Shown here piece after piece: positions 12,666 to 27,200 of a DNA stretch of 64,000 nucleotides (position 1 is the stretch's first letter; each line of letters opens with the position of its first letter). Under the pieces are notes generated by a model. It made no database searches, had not been told where the DNA came from, and worked only from the letters and a program-made list of their open reading frames with translations. The translations under genes were made by a program, and so were the position numbers. The stretch comes from Trichosphaerium sp. ATCC 40318 (Eukaryota; Protista; Tubulinea): contig JALMLS010000310.1 in the NCBI GenBank assembly GCA_038496445.1, positions 339,023 to 403,022 on the forward strand, in the 5' to 3' direction.

Positions 12666-14287
12666 TTAAAACTTAACAGCAGAGGCGTATTCCTTACAGA
12701 CGAGGAATTTATCCAAAGATGGTTGATCAAGTGATAAAATTAATTCATCATTGTTGACATATATTTGCCTGCAATAAGCAGGCAAATGTGGTTCTGAAAA
12801 CAAGGTAGCTTGTAACTCCTTTATAGATGTTCCATTGCTATCTTTAAAATTCGTTCGTGGATCAAGGCAGTTGTTTGTTATTTCTACAATAAAGTAGGTT
12901 AAAAAAAAGAGGAAAAAAGAATGGATTTTCTTTAATTGTGCTTACCTAATAGTTTTTTCGTCAATAGATCGTTGTTATGTATCAATGATATTCTCCAAAC
13001 GTATTGGCCATAATGAGCTGTAGAACCTAAAGTTACAATTCCACTATGGGCATGATTGATGTAATCTGCAACAAGCCTATTTACTAATAAGAAAACACAA
13101 AAGTAATCAATGAAAAACAACTTCGTTGATGTTTTGTTTTTGTTTTGCTAGCAACCCTTCTCAACGATCAGTCACGAAGACATGTTTCAATGGCAACTGA
13201 TCTATTGAGAAACAGCGGACAATACAAGAGGTATTCAAAACACGTGATCTTGAGCATTAAGAGATCTTTGACTAAATTCTCAAAAAAATTTGGTTTTACG
13301 ACGTACTTTAGAAAAGCTTGTGTTTGAGTCTCTTGTTGATACCAAGATACGTTTACAAGTGCTTCTAGTTTATGCAATGATCCCCAATCCTTTGAGGTAA
13401 CTTTTTTAGGTAGCTTATTTGTTTTCCAATACCCTTGAATGTAATTCCATAATCCATTCTTTATTCCTTCTTGGGCATCTGGATAAGATAGTGCGCGATT
13501 GGCAATAAACTCTTCCCATGATACTGTTTGAACTTGATTTTTTCCTGATGAGTCTGTAGCTAATTGAATACCATCGTTTACCTTTTAGGACATAAATACT
13601 AAGAGCAAACAAAGAAAAGGAAGCAATTCAATCCAAAAAAACCCAAGACATCTTCAAGAAGAAGACTGGATTTACATTGAGCGTCACACTTTCAAATGGT
13701 TGCAAAAGGAAATTAAAATAGTAAAGTTGACGGCTGTCACCACGTTTTGAAAAACCAAGCTCGGAGGCCTCTCAGCACATTTTCTGAAAAACAACTGGCG
13801 AAAAACTTGTTTTTAGAATTCGCACGTGATGTTTTTAATTAAGGATTTTATTGGCACGTACCAAAGTTAAAGATGTTGCTATGGGCCCTCCATCTGGTAA
13901 CAGACTAATCAAAGAAGTAAAAATCGAGAAGATAATTCCAAACGGGTTTGTAGATGGAGGAGGATCTTGTGCTGTAAAGATACTCTGAAAAGCAATCAAA
14001 TTGGCAACATCTACATGGTAGGAATATTCGAATGCTTGCCTTGGTATTCATGTTAGCACATTGCGTAGCATAGGTGTTGTGACGTACATGAAGAAGTTTT
14101 GGAAGAAATACGGAGCGTCAAAACTTGTGGATGCTCTCAGTTCTCCTAAAACGCGAGAAAGGCTTTCATTTAGTAGTTGCTTCTCTTTTATCATATTAGC
14201 GGATATCGCTGGGCATTTTTTCGTAGAGATGGATAAAGATCCACCAATAAAAGCAATCAGTAATAATATAACAATCTCAAACTTCAT
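12666..14287 (-). CDS. Secreted protein of unknown function, spliced
   Basis: ATG 14287 with signal peptide MKFEIVILLLIAFIGGSLS; exons joinable by GT..AG introns (..GPIATSLTL|VNDGIQLATD..) to stop at 12666. Confidence 0.6.
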
Positions 14288-14530
14288 GAAGATGAACAGG
14301 ACACGTGGATTATGTAAAAAAAAAAAAAAGACGAGAGAAGAAAAACTGTCACAAATTCCTTCAAAGTTTCTCGTTTCTATTGTCCTTACTCGGAACAAGC
14401 TGTATGTAGACCTCTAGCACCCTGAAAAAGAGCATGACCCAACGAAAAGAGCGAAACAGGTTTGCTGAGGTGAAAGACTTAAAATGAGGATAAGCACGCT
14501 TGAAAATCGCTTTTATCTGCTCTATTACAA

Positions 14531-15667
14531 ATGTTGCGGCGCGCTATATCACTAAACGTTCGCAATGTTACGTTGCAGCGCTGTACAAGACGTGTACCAA
14601 TATTAATTTATTACTACCTGGTTATAACTCGTATTAGGCGCGGTTTGTTCGTAATAAAGTCTATTTGTCGGATGAAGTGATTAAAATACGCTCAACAAGT
14701 ACGTACCAACGCAAATCATAGCGCTAAGTACTTTATAGCCAGGTTACAACAAAAATACGCTCTAGCCATGGAAAAAGACCAAGAAGCTGGTATTAAACTC
14801 TTTAGCTTTCTAGCGCCAAGAGTTTATGACAGTGAGTTCGTTACGCGGGAATACGAACGTTTCACCACGTCTGGCGTAGAATTACCTCTAACGTTCTACA
14901 ACGCCTGCATAACCAGCTCAGACACTATAGAAACCGTAGATGCGAGAATGGACGCTCTACGAAAAGCTGGTCATAAACCTAACTCATACACATTCAGCGC
15001 GCTTCTGAGGGCTCTTTGCGCGGTTGATGCTAGCTTAGAGCGCATTGAAAAATGCTGGAAAGAGCTCGAAGAAACTCTAGACATAATCGATTTTAGACAC
15101 TATAATCACGTTATTCATGCTTACGGAAAGCATGGCGACTTAGCTAAAGCAAAGGAATTCTTAATGAGAGCAAAACAAGAGAAAAAGCTTAATTTTACGC
15201 TAATAACGGCTTACATACGTCATTGTCCACCAGAAGAAGGTATGCGTCTTCTTTATGAACACAGACACGGTGATGACTGCGGTCCAACTGAGAGATCTTA
15301 TTGTTATATCGTCGAAAAGTTTCTTCTTAATAATCAGCCTGAAGAAGCTGTTGAAGCTATTGATACATCTATCAGAGAGGCAGGCGGTGTTCGTCTTGTT
15401 TGTATTGAGAACATGATGACCTGGTACGCTGAGAGAGGTGATAGTGCTGAATGGTATAATATGTTCAAACGTCTTCGTGTAAAAGATGCGCGTGTTACTT
15501 TTATTGGGTTGAAGTCTTTTAAGATCTTGGTTGATAAAGTTGCTCCTGATTTCGAGTATAAGCCTATTGATGCAGAAGAGAGACATGGAGTTAAAATAAA
15601 TAAAGAAACGATGGATGCATTAATAGTCAATGCAAATACACTCAGTTCTCACCTTGCAAACAATTAA
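14531..15667 (+). CDS. Pentatricopeptide-repeat (PPR) protein, probably mitochondrial
   Basis: PPR motifs KPNSYTFSALLRAL, HYNHVIHAYGKHGDLAKA, GPTERSYCYIV; Arg-rich presequence MLRRAISLNVRNVTLQR at 14531. Confidence 0.8.
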
Positions 15668-16228
15668 GGAAAAAAAAAATGACGAAGAAGTCTTTCCTCC
15701 ATTAATAAAACAATTCAAAAAAAAAAACCTGCGCATGTTGACAAAGACGCTACAAACCTGTGACTGAAAACTTGAAACGACACTTTCCTTTATGTAACAA
15801 TTTGACCTTAATTGGAATTTTGTCGATTTTTTTGGGTGTTCAACTCAAACGAGTAGCTCAATTTTCAGCGGCACAGTGCTATTGATTGCATACATCTGTA
15901 CTGGCCAATATTCGTTTCGAATATTATGCAGCATTTGTAGATACGGTTTTACTAGTGCGCGAGTAAAGGAAATATTGCTAAGCCAGATAATAAAATCTGG
16001 TGCGTTATCTACAAGCCTTGAAAAGATATCCCGTCATTGTTAAAAAACTGCAATGTACGATCATCTTTACACTCTATTTACAGTGTGCCATTGTTGCATT
16101 CTGTAGTTAAGACTTCGAAATAGTTCGAATTGGAACCCCAATATAAAAAACCACCCATTGTTGGTAACATGTAGAAACATTACTTTTTATTTTGTATGCC
16201 ATAAAGTGGCTTTAACATTAGAAAATGT

Positions 16229-17922
16229 TCAAGGGCATCCACGGAAAGCAAGTCTGTTAGGACCTCTTGGGTCAGAGATTTGGTTCAAAGTGGCGGTATC
16301 GATGAGTTCCTTACGGACTTCTTCAACACCCCAGCTTGGGTTATCACCAACAATGAGAGCAGCAACACCACATACGTGTGGGGAGGCCATGGAGGTACTG
16401 CAAAGAATGTAAGAAAAGATAACAAGCGAAAAAACAAAAAAGATAAAGACACTTACCCAGAGAGAGTGGATGAGGCAGTGTCGCTTGAGATACCGCATGA
16501 GACAATTGATGAACCTGGAGCGTATACATCAATACCATCACCCCAGTTGGAGAAAGATGAACGAGCGTTTGTGCTTGTTGTGGAACCAACAGCGATAACA
16601 GTTGGGCAGTTAGCTGGGTAGAAGCTTCTTACATCAGCGTTGCTGTTACCAGCAGCAGCTACGAAAACAACACCAGCGCTGGAGGCTGCAGCGATAGCAG
16701 TGCAAGCAGCGTTACCGCCAGTACCACCGTATGACATGTTGACGACCTAAAAAGTACAACGTCAACTATTGTTTTAAACAATAAACTGTTGGTGTGTAAA
16801 AAAAATCACGTGATTTTTTGCTTGATTTAAATATTTAGAGGCTACGTACCATAGGGATGCTAGGGTTGGATCTCTTTTCGTTGAGCATGTAATCGTAAGC
16901 AGCGTTTGTTCCGGATGTTGGGCAAGAACCGAAACGTGTGCAGACTTTACCAGCGTAGAGTGTGACTCCTTTAGCAACACCAAAGGTAGTACCACCAACA
17001 GTACCGGCACAGTGGGAACCGTGACCGTTACCATCACCTTCACCTTCGTTGACAAAGTCTCTGCCGAAGATAGCACGTCCACCGAAGTCGTTGTGGGTGG
17101 TACGAATACCGCTAAGAAAAAATGTTAGATTTAAACAAAAACTTCAAAAAAAAAAACTAAAGGAAAGCGTACGTATCGAGAACGTAAGCGCGGACACCGC
17201 TACCATCAGATTCGTATTCGTATCTGTTTGGGAAGCTGCTTACTTTTGAGGAAATACGGTTGAGGCCCTGGTAGAAATGTCATTAGATAGTTCATGAAAA
17301 GTTAAAACTTCGGAATAACTCTTCACCGCAGTTGGCGTTTGTTATATTGCAACGTACCCATGAAGGAGGGTTAGATTGAGTTTTGCACTCTTGTACGATG
17401 TATTGTACAGTTTCACGTTCAATGTTCTCGAGCATGTGGCTCTCTTCGAGACGCATGAGGTCAACAACTCTAGAGCCACGTGAGTTTAATGAAAAAAAGA
17501 AAAATAAAAAAAAGCGTACTCTTCGTCTAGGACAGCGGCGAAACCTTTGAAAGTGTGGTGGTAACGGAAAGACTCATCAATATGGAATCTGGCGAGGAAT
17601 TTTGTGACTAAAGAATGTAAACAAGGAGAAATGTAGTACGAAAGGGAAACGACTCCAAATTTTTGGACAGAATATAGTAGGCGCTAGTGGGAGGCGTACC
17701 ATCATGTTCGCTGGCACCGGCCTTGAATCTGACGATGTAGTGGTTTGGCATTGCCGTTAGGGAGTCCTCTTCGAGGATTGGCACGAGTGCTACACGGTAG
17801 AGTTAATCACGTGATTGGGTTGGACAAGTTATAAAAGAGATAACTGTTGGCAGGTTTTTATTACTTGGCCACGTACCTGAAACAGCAGCTACGATAAAGC
17901 AAAGGACAATAGCGGCTTTCAT
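16229..17922 (-). CDS. Secreted subtilisin-like serine protease (S8, proteinase K-like) with I9 propeptide
   Basis: Signal MKAAIVLCFIVAAVS; propeptide NHYIVRFK; catalytic motifs DGNGHGSHCAGT, AAGN, SSFSNWG, DVYAPG, SG|TSMASPHVCG. Confidence 0.95.
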
Positions 17923-18444
17923 GGTTGTTGTGATTAGCTACGAATGACTTTTTTTGGTTAGAGTTAAGGTAGGCGGAAAATTCGTGAGCTATGGAGAACA
18001 GTGGTCAACAATTGAGGATACGTGTATTAGTTTATAGTTTATTACGCGCACCAATGAGTGTCGTAGTTTATACAGCAGTTTTTATTTTGTAACGTGATGT
18101 TACTTTACTTGTTGATTTGCTAACTACTCCTCTACGCGTTACTGTAAACTACAAACCAATTCGGAAAAAGTATGTTACCTTCTGCTTTTGTATTTTTTGC
18201 GCAACAATTTTTTTTCTCTACCTGGACATTGTCACGTTTTTGAAGGCTAGTCCAAAATGCACGCACGTGCGCGCTCAGAATAAGGCACAACGCACGCTTT
18301 TGTTGAATTTTCTTTTTTCGTCTCAACAGGTATAAGGCACATTCTCTCACGTGCGAAAGAATAGTCACAAATCTGATACTAGCGCGGAACAAAAACTAAG
18401 AAAAGATTTTTTGCACAATGTTATTACACAAAGAGTGATGGATT

Positions 18445-20686
18445 TTATTGATGAATTTTCTTTTTATCTTCGTCAAAAACATACTTTTTAAACTTTAGAT
18501 GAAGTTCTTGTCTATTATTTAAAGATCCATCTTTTAAATTACCACTTCGAAAATTAACTTTAACTTTTCCGCTTTTACCAAAACCAGACTCTATTGTACC
18601 TTCATCTCCTCTATCCGAGAGTATGAGTTTCTTATTAAAGAACGCAGATAGATCTGTGTGCTTTTTGAAAAGGTCCTTTGCTATGAGAACATTATCATTA
18701 ACGACTCTGTCTATATGTCCAATCCTTGTCTTCATTTTAAATACTTTTATCGTCTTAACACTCTCTGCTGGTACTATGGCATCAATTATACCATGAAATG
18801 CTATACGACATTTCTTTAGATCTATCAACAAAAGTTAGACAACGCGAAGAATAACCAATACGACACTAGGACCGTAAAGAGAAGCTGCTAAAAAAAATTG
18901 AAAAAAAATCGTACTAATATCAGTGTCAAGTTTAGACGCAATGACGATCGCCTGTGGAGGTGCTGGAATAGGATGTTCAAATGAAAGTAGAGCCCATGTC
19001 TTTGAAACATCTCCACGTGAGCTGATACCCTCCACATACTCATAATCTCGCTCTATATCAAAAACCTTGGTACTGGTGCCTTTTTCACCATCTTCTTCTT
19101 CTTTAAAAAACATCGCAGTGCAAAGCACTGTCGAGTGTCCAATGGTCGCTATACAATACTTAGACGCGTTTAACACATGTACTACAACTATATCGTACCA
19201 TGGAACTTCGTATTAGCCTTGATAGGTCCTTTATAATAGTTGATTACCTTCGGTCTGAAAACGCAATGTTTTATTTCTGGCACGTAACCAACCTACTCTT
19301 TACATTAACTCTGCAACAATAAACTCAGCTAAAAGACACGTACTTCAGCTGCAAAACATCTTTCTATTTGTGAAGCATCTAAACCAGTAACCAAACATCC
19401 AATACGATCGCCCTAAACACCAACTCAACACGAAGCTTCGATACGTTTCACTTTTTTGTTTCAGTGAAAATAATTTGTTTTGATTTGAAAGTCATTTCAA
19501 TTGCATTTTTGACGTCACCTTTGTAGCCTTTTGTACATCTTTTCTAAATATCTGTATAGACTTTATTTTCTTTTGTATCTTTGATTTACCAATTTCTACT
19601 GTATCTCCTACATTTAATGTTCCTTGCAAAACAGTTCCAGTGAGAACAGATCCTTTTCCTTTTAAAGGAAAACAATGATCAACAGCAAACAATAAAGGTT
19701 TTTCATATTCCTTGTTATCTATGTCCTTCTGTATACCATCTTTTGCTAGCTCATACAACCCATCTCTAAGATCCTCGATACCTTCCCTATAAAAGCAACA
19801 GTCAATTCAAAAAAAAAACAAGAAATCAAAGAGAGGAAAAAGTATGTATAGGGCTTTACTCGCATACTACGCGTAGCGTCTGTTTTTTTTTTGTTGAACT
19901 ACGCGAGTAAAGTCGCTCATCATACATTTTGATAAGAAGTGTCAAAGTTCCACAAAATTTTTTTGGAAGACTCTTCGTAACACGTGACAGTGGACTCTCA
20001 GGTTTCTTTTGTTTTGCATGATTAAGGTACGTACTCAGATACTGCTGATGTGAAAACGAACTTCAAATTGGATCCAAACTTGGTAGTTCCCAAGGCTTTC
20101 TTTAAACGACCTTTTACTTTTGCAAAAGCTTTTTCTCTTTGATTTTCAGGTACCAGATCAATTTTGTTTATAACTACCAGAATATCTCTCACTGCGATCT
20201 CAGCAATGACAAGACCTTCAGCAGTCTGCGTTTGGATGCCTTTCTGAATATCTATGACAACCATCGCGTAATCAATGATTTGAGCACCTGACACACTTTA
20301 ATATCTCATTTAATGCGTGCAGCCGCTTGTTTGCGTAGATTGAGCGGGGAAATTAATTGTTACCTCCAATAATCGTTCTAATGAGGGTGGCGTGGCCTGG
20401 GCAATCTACCAACGTGAATGCGACATCGTTGTGTTCAAAACACGAGAAACCAAGGTCTTTTGTTATGCCTGCAACCTACAGTTAAACAACACCATATGGG
20501 GAGTATTATACCTTGTTCCTGGGCTTGTGGGTCTTTATCGAGTGCAGCTGTACTCAAAATTGACGACAATTTCGCGCAAAGAGCTGTTTTACCCTTACAT
20601 TAGGTACTTAGCATACGCACAATCGTCAACTGACGTACTGAATCGACGTGGCCTAAAATGCCTATATTAATCCTCTTAGCTTTCAT
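18445..20686 (-). CDS. EEFSEC: Selenocysteine-specific translation elongation factor eEFSec
   Basis: NIGILGHVDSGKT, TLVDCPGHATLIRTIIGGAQIID, GIQTQTAE, DHCFPLKGKGSVLTGT, SKLDTDI..CRIAFHG, GFGKSGKVKV, LKFKKYVF. Confidence 0.95.
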
Positions 20687-20797
20687 TTATACCGGATTAT
20701 GATGGTGTAACTCTGTATCAAGCAAGTAAACAGAAATACGACCAGTTTTGACGCACGTTTTTTTCAGTTTTTCGTCGGCCGTTGCTCTCAAGCAGTG

Positions 20798-23796
20798 ATG
20801 TCTCTTCGAGACTCGTTTCAAGAGCAAATAGACATATTTACGTCACTGTATAAGAGTGTGGATACTCCTACAACTGCATTTGGAGAGAATGAGCACACTT
20901 TTGAACTGGCCACGTTTATTAAGCCTGTATTCTGTACACAGTGCGATAAGTTCGTATGGGGACTAAAGACCCAAGGGTATAAATGCATAGGTTGGTTACA
21001 TACGTAGATTGCGTGTATTAATTCTTTTTTAGCCCCTGGTTGCCATTGGAAGGTGCATAGACACTGTTGGTACGCAAATTGTATTGTTGTTATTTTCCAA
21101 CATAAATTAATCCGTTATCTTTAGCTCTGCGGCTCCTAAAAACTGTATTGGGTTGCCAGGAGGTACTACTACAGCTTTTTGGCAAATTTTCAGTTGACAC
21201 CTTTACCTTCCTAAAATCGTCACACTCTATTAGTTGCCAACAACATTGCTAGTGATATTAAAACTCACAACTTTTAATAAGGGACTTCACGGCCAAGTAG
21301 TGCCAGAATGCCTCGATCCGCATCGTACACGCACAGGCGAGCGCCAGCACCACCAACGAATTCAAATGGGGGTGGACAAAGACGACAAAGCGTGCATGGT
21401 CCTCCACCGCCTATTCCTTCGCGAAAACTACAACCCAAGGACAAAACTGATGAGTTAAGAAACAGTAATTTTGAAATTCGTAAACCAAGCCCTCGACAGC
21501 AACCCAGTCATTCTACAAGGCAACCAATCGCGTACCCACCACCCAACGTATGTCCAATACTGCCGTTAATACATAGTTTTTGTTTTGGTTTTTGCAGACA
21601 CGGTTTGATTGCACCGTAAAAGCAACTGCACGTGTTACTCGGCAAAAATGTTAGAAATTAAATTAGCAAAAAAAAAGTATAAAAACCTTACCTCCCTTTT
21701 CCTTCCAAATGTAGGCACCAGTTTCTAAAACGAGTATTTAGTATGAAAACTCGTACTAATCATTTTTTTTTTTGGGATTTTGCAGACAAATTCTCTGAAA
21801 AATTTTTATCTTCTGTTCAACCTCTACTATACCTTGTGTAACTCGAAAACCCTCTTAATATAGTACACGCATTTTATTAATATTCATTATCCTGTTTAGA
21901 ATCAATACCCACAGTGGTACACGCCTCCAAACACATTCAATCCAGATTCTGAGTTTCCTTTTTTTGATTTACATGAAGCATCTCCTCCAACTACTCCACG
22001 ACGTAGAAATGCTCCAGGAGAGTTTTCTAGTGTCATACCGAGACGTCCAATGCATAGTGGCCATATAAGCTCAGGAATCGGACATAGGGGACGTTCTTCA
22101 AGTTTTGATGGAGGTCAACGAAACCTTGATGATCCTTTACCTACACCACCTACACAGAATCCTTTGGGTGTTTCTATGCCTATTCCAGTATCAGCAGAGC
22201 CTCTAGAAGATAAAATCCTCAAAACTAGTATTTCTGAACCTCCACCATCATGTTTGTGCGTCGCATTGTTTTTTTTTGTGCATGATATCATTTTTTTTGT
22301 TTCTTACAAATTGGTAGATTGTATGAGTTCAAACCTGAAGAATTAACACGTATTTACCCTCATATTGCTCGTGGTACATATGGTATGGTATTTAAGGGTA
22401 CTTCATCTTCTATATCTGGTGTGGTTTGTATAAAAGATATGACACTTGGTGCGTTTGTTTGAGAAAAAAAAAGAAAGAAAATGAAAACGGAGTTTTAGTG
22501 TTTTGTTGCACTCGCTGTCCTATTTGATCTCATTCTTATATTTAATGTTTTATTTTAGGACTTTTACAAGGTCAAACTTCTCTTGATGAATGGAAGAAAG
22601 AAATACAAATGATGACGTAAGTAGTACTACAAGAAACTGTTTACCTTTTTTTTTGTTGATCTTTGTTTTTTAGGCAGAACCGTTGTCCTTATGTTGTTGA
22701 TATATTTGGATGGTGTAAATCAGATGATACTGTTACGATCGTTATGGAGTACATGCCCAAAGGAACAGTGTTTGATCTTATACACAAGTGCGTTTGAAAG
22801 TTAAATTTCTTTGTTCTTTTGAGTTGACGTGTTGTAGGAGCAAAGAACATCTTTCCTTACTTCAGCGCATGCGTATGGCTCGACACTGCGCTCTTGGTTT
22901 AACATATATTCACGCTAAAGGCATAATGCACCGCGACATAAAGTCTATGAACATTTTGGTACTGGTTCTTTAGTATTTCGAAGAAACAAAGTTGTTGTGA
23001 CTCAAGTGTAGGTGACAGAAAATTATGCTTGTAAATTGACAGATTTTGGTATCGCGAAGGCGGCTGCCGGAACCTTCCATACTGTAGGCAAAGGTAAGAG
23101 CTATCTTGTTGGGTGTTTCTATTTCTAATGGTAAAAAAAAGGTACTCCATTTTGGATGGCACCTGAAGTCTATCAAGGGCGGTATGATTACTCTGCAGAT
23201 TTATATAGCCTGGGTATTGTATTATTTGAGTTATTTGAGATGAAACTTCCAGCTTGGGATAAGAAAGCAAACAGAATAGTTTTGCCAGGATCATTTTCCG
23301 TACGATTTTGGAGCGTAAGTCGCCAAAACAAAAAACCAAAACAAACTTACCTCATTACAACGATATCACGTGACTTACTCTTAAAAATTTTTACCTAACA
23401 TTATTTTTTATAGTCTGAGCTTATTGTAAAGGAATGTATGCGTCAGGATCCATCAGAGAGGCCAACTGCGTACAAGGTAATTTATTCTTGTTTTTTTTCT
23501 CTTTTCTTTTTTTCTGTATGGCTCAAGTCTTCTGTAGTTTTTTTCAACTCTCTTGTAATTATGTTTTTTAGGTTGTAGAAACATTAGATAATCTTATACG
23601 TTCAACTATAAAAAATATTGTAAAGGTTCTTGATGATGAAGAGCAAAACTTTCTTGTTGATTCAACAAAACAATGGAAATTTCGTAAATCAACTGATACA
23701 CTTGAGAATGCTTTGAGGGATTTATATAATCTTTTACTTTCAAAGGATACAAAGTATGTCGATTATCTTATAAACAAAGCATTCAAAAATGTTTGA
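20798..23796 (+). CDS. C1-domain, Pro-rich, TKL-group protein kinase
   Basis: C1: HTFELATFIKPVFCTQCDKFVWGLKTQGYKC..C..KVHRHC. Kinase: IARGTYGMVFKG, HRDIKSMN, DFG, GTPFWMAPE, ADLYSLG, ERPT. Confidence 0.9.
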
Positions 23797-24232
23797 TAAT
23801 CAGCGAGATACGCGGCTAGACTTGATCGAAAAAGCGCAAAAAAAAATTCTCAAATTAATAATAACTCTGAAATGTTTCTAGTGTACCATAGTTTGTAAAA
23901 AAAATAAAAAATCTAAGTTCATATGTAAGGTAGCTGTGGGATATAAGTTCGTTGTTATTGAGATGTGCAAAAAATCAAAAATCAGCACCCTTAGCAACAT
24001 TTTGGGCAAGTGTCAAAAAAATGAAAAATGTCAAATTTTGCAAGTGTCAGATTTTGATTGCACGCACGTGTTTCTTTGTGCCGGTACAGAATCTAGGCTG
24101 CTTATTTTTGGTTTTACAAAAAATATGTTCAAACAGTGTTTCGTAGCTCGTTGTATGTTTGTTTTTTCTTTCGAAAAAAAAGCCTTGAAGTCAGAGCTTT
24201 TATTTCTTTTCTTTCGTTAAAATGCTACAACT

Positions 24233-27200
24233 ATGACACTAAAGCTTGTTGTTGCGTCAATTTGCTTATTGTGTACGTTGAGTGTTTATGGTGTAATACC
24301 TGGATGGGTTGCGGTATGTAATAATGACATTTTGTTTATTAATTGTTTATATTGTATAGGAAGACCATGGTATTCCTATAGACGTACATGTTACGTTGAT
24401 AGGCACGTTTGCTATTTTCTGCAACGTTGTTTGGTTAACGTCACGTAGATACCGTTAGTAGAACTGATTGGGTAGATACTAGCGTATTACGAGACCTTTT
24501 AAGTCACTCACTGCCGTATCATTACCCACACTCTATCGAGTCTCAAAAACGCCTCCATATTGGCTACAAGCTCAATTATTATGTACTATTGGCAAAACGC
24601 AATTGTTAACGCTTTGATTATTTATTTCTTTAAGGTCGCTCATACTTCGGCCGGACACTCTCCTATGATGCTAGAGGATATTCTACGCAAATCAAGTCAA
24701 CCTGATGGAACTGAAGAAGAAGGCGTTGTCAAAGTTAGCACAGAGGCCCTGTGCGACTACTTTTCGCAATTAGTATGTTCTCGTTACCTTTCTAGAAGTA
24801 GTACGGAACAAAAACTAGATCTAACTTCTTTCATCAAGGTGACACCTGTCAACAAGGATTGGTCTGACAGTTTTACAGTGTTTGTTATAAAGCCACTACC
24901 TATTCGCTTTCTGCCAGAGGGATACAAAAACGCACGATACGCATACCAGTACGTTTGATACAAAAAAGCAATGTGTTATTTTTTTTGTGGGTGTTTGATT
25001 CTTCCACGTGCCACGCGTTTTGGCTTGTGGTTATAATTTCTATTTTAGAGTTCCTGGGGCTAAAGGACTTGGTGCTTCATGGGTAGGCTGTAAGAGGTTT
25101 ATTGTGATTGATGTCATGGCAGGTATGTGTGACTATTCAAAAACGATTTTGTTTTTATTGAGTTTCTTTCAGGTCCTCTTTTCTATGGGCGTTTTGGAGA
25201 TGTAGAAGAAGGAAATACAAACCCAGAATCATTTCCACATCTTGAAAGAGATGGGTCAGAAACTGTAAAGCGTGTATGTATTACTTGCTTCTTTTGTTTT
25301 TGGAAGAAAATTGATTGTACGTTTTTTAATGTTTACTCATTAGAAAGTGGCTCTTGAAGGTAGACTCACAGCTAGTATCGCTCGTGGTATAAAACATGTA
25401 TTTTTGGGTGACATTTTATTTGATGAATTGCAACAAACAGACAAGTACGCATGCGGCTTTTAACCAAACATTAGTTTCTATTAATTTTTTTTTTTGAAAG
25501 TTGTTTTAATCCCTTTTACAGGATACTAATGCCAATAATTGTTCTTCGTGACCATACCACATATAACCCATTAGTACCTGGAACAGATTATAGTATAGAC
25601 ATAAGGCGCATTGAGGTACGTATTGGTCACTGGTGAAAAACCAGTTGACTTAGTGGGTTGTTGACTTAGCTGATTTTTCTTATTATTAGGATGAAGTATC
25701 TGGGATGCTTCTATCTAGTCAAAATTTCGATGTAGTACCTTCATTGAGATATCTTCATACACATATGAATATTTCTATACCATTCTCAACATCAAAAAGA
25801 AGCAGGTCAACATTCTCTGTTGATCTCAACACACATCATTTTGATCGTGTTTTGACGCCTTACCTTGATACACAAGAGTTTATAAAGCAGCTAAGAAAGA
25901 ACCACATACAAATCATACAAGTACGAGAAACATTCATTTACCACAGTCCTTTTCCTGGGCAACTGGAGACTTCCCAGTAAACATAAAAAGTGTTTTCATG
26001 TGCTTTATTGTTTTGGCTGAGGTTTCCATGTTAAAGTTGTTGGACTGCTTGTTTCAACAAGTCCTTACAATGATTAATTCTTATTGGATTGTGTTAATTA
26101 TAATTGTTAGGAATTAATACCACGTCAGTTATCGAAAATACCTCATAGTAAAGGCTTTTCTCCTAACCGTTCAGGGGTGCGTTTTTCCGAGTCAGTCGTT
26201 TCATTTTTTTCCTTTCATTGTTTGTTGTAATCCGTCGGATTGAACGTTGTGTTATCCTAAAGCTGTATAATGATATAAAATGATATGTACTAATTGTAAT
26301 ACTAGGGTAATGTTTTAGAATCAAGAGGAACAAGGATACTTCCTATTTATGTTTTCTCTGTTGAAGGATATAGTAACAACTTTTTCCTTGATAATTATCA
26401 GTCTGTTGTTTCTTATCAAGATGCTGTCATTGTCATACAAGTACGTGCTTAACATATACTCAACTTGGGTCACATAGCATCATTATTTATGCTTCTTCTA
26501 GCGCCTTGAGTCAGACAAGAGTCCTTTTATGTCTGAGAGTGGTACCATTGAACTTGACATCAAGGACGCCACAGCAAATATAATTGCAGGCATTACCATG
26601 GCACTAGGTGGTGTTACACCTCCTCAAATTGCTTGGGATGAAGAAGATAATAGATTGGAGAGAGATTATACATGGTACAGTAGTTTTTTGGACGAAACCT
26701 CCGTTTGTAAAGATGTTCTTAAGTCTGTTAATAGGAGCACCGGACATCATCCTTTTGGACCATTTGCAGCTAAAACATCCTCTATATCTCCTATTTTTAC
26801 GGATGCAGTGATTCGAAACCAAATCTTGAGTAGGCTAAGCTACTGTATTGATACATTACGTTCTGTTTCTGGTACGATGCATTAACATTTAAGATTCTTT
26901 GAAAGAAATGTTTTTTGTTTTTTTTTTGTTGGTGACATTGATACGCCAAGTGCAACTTTGACGTTCATAAAATGTGTTTGTGTTGGTTACTTATACCTTT
27001 GTTTCTTATAGAGAGTGTTGATAATTTTGCTAAAAAGTACATGTATGATCCTCTTGGCAATCTTTTAAGTGATGATAAAGTTGATGGTGCTGGGAAGTTA
27101 CCTTATGAATGGATGTCTGCTTTATATCGTAAATCTCATTCTACAAATGTCAAACAAACTATAGAACTCTTACGACGCGCAGAGAATCGTGTTGTGCTTC

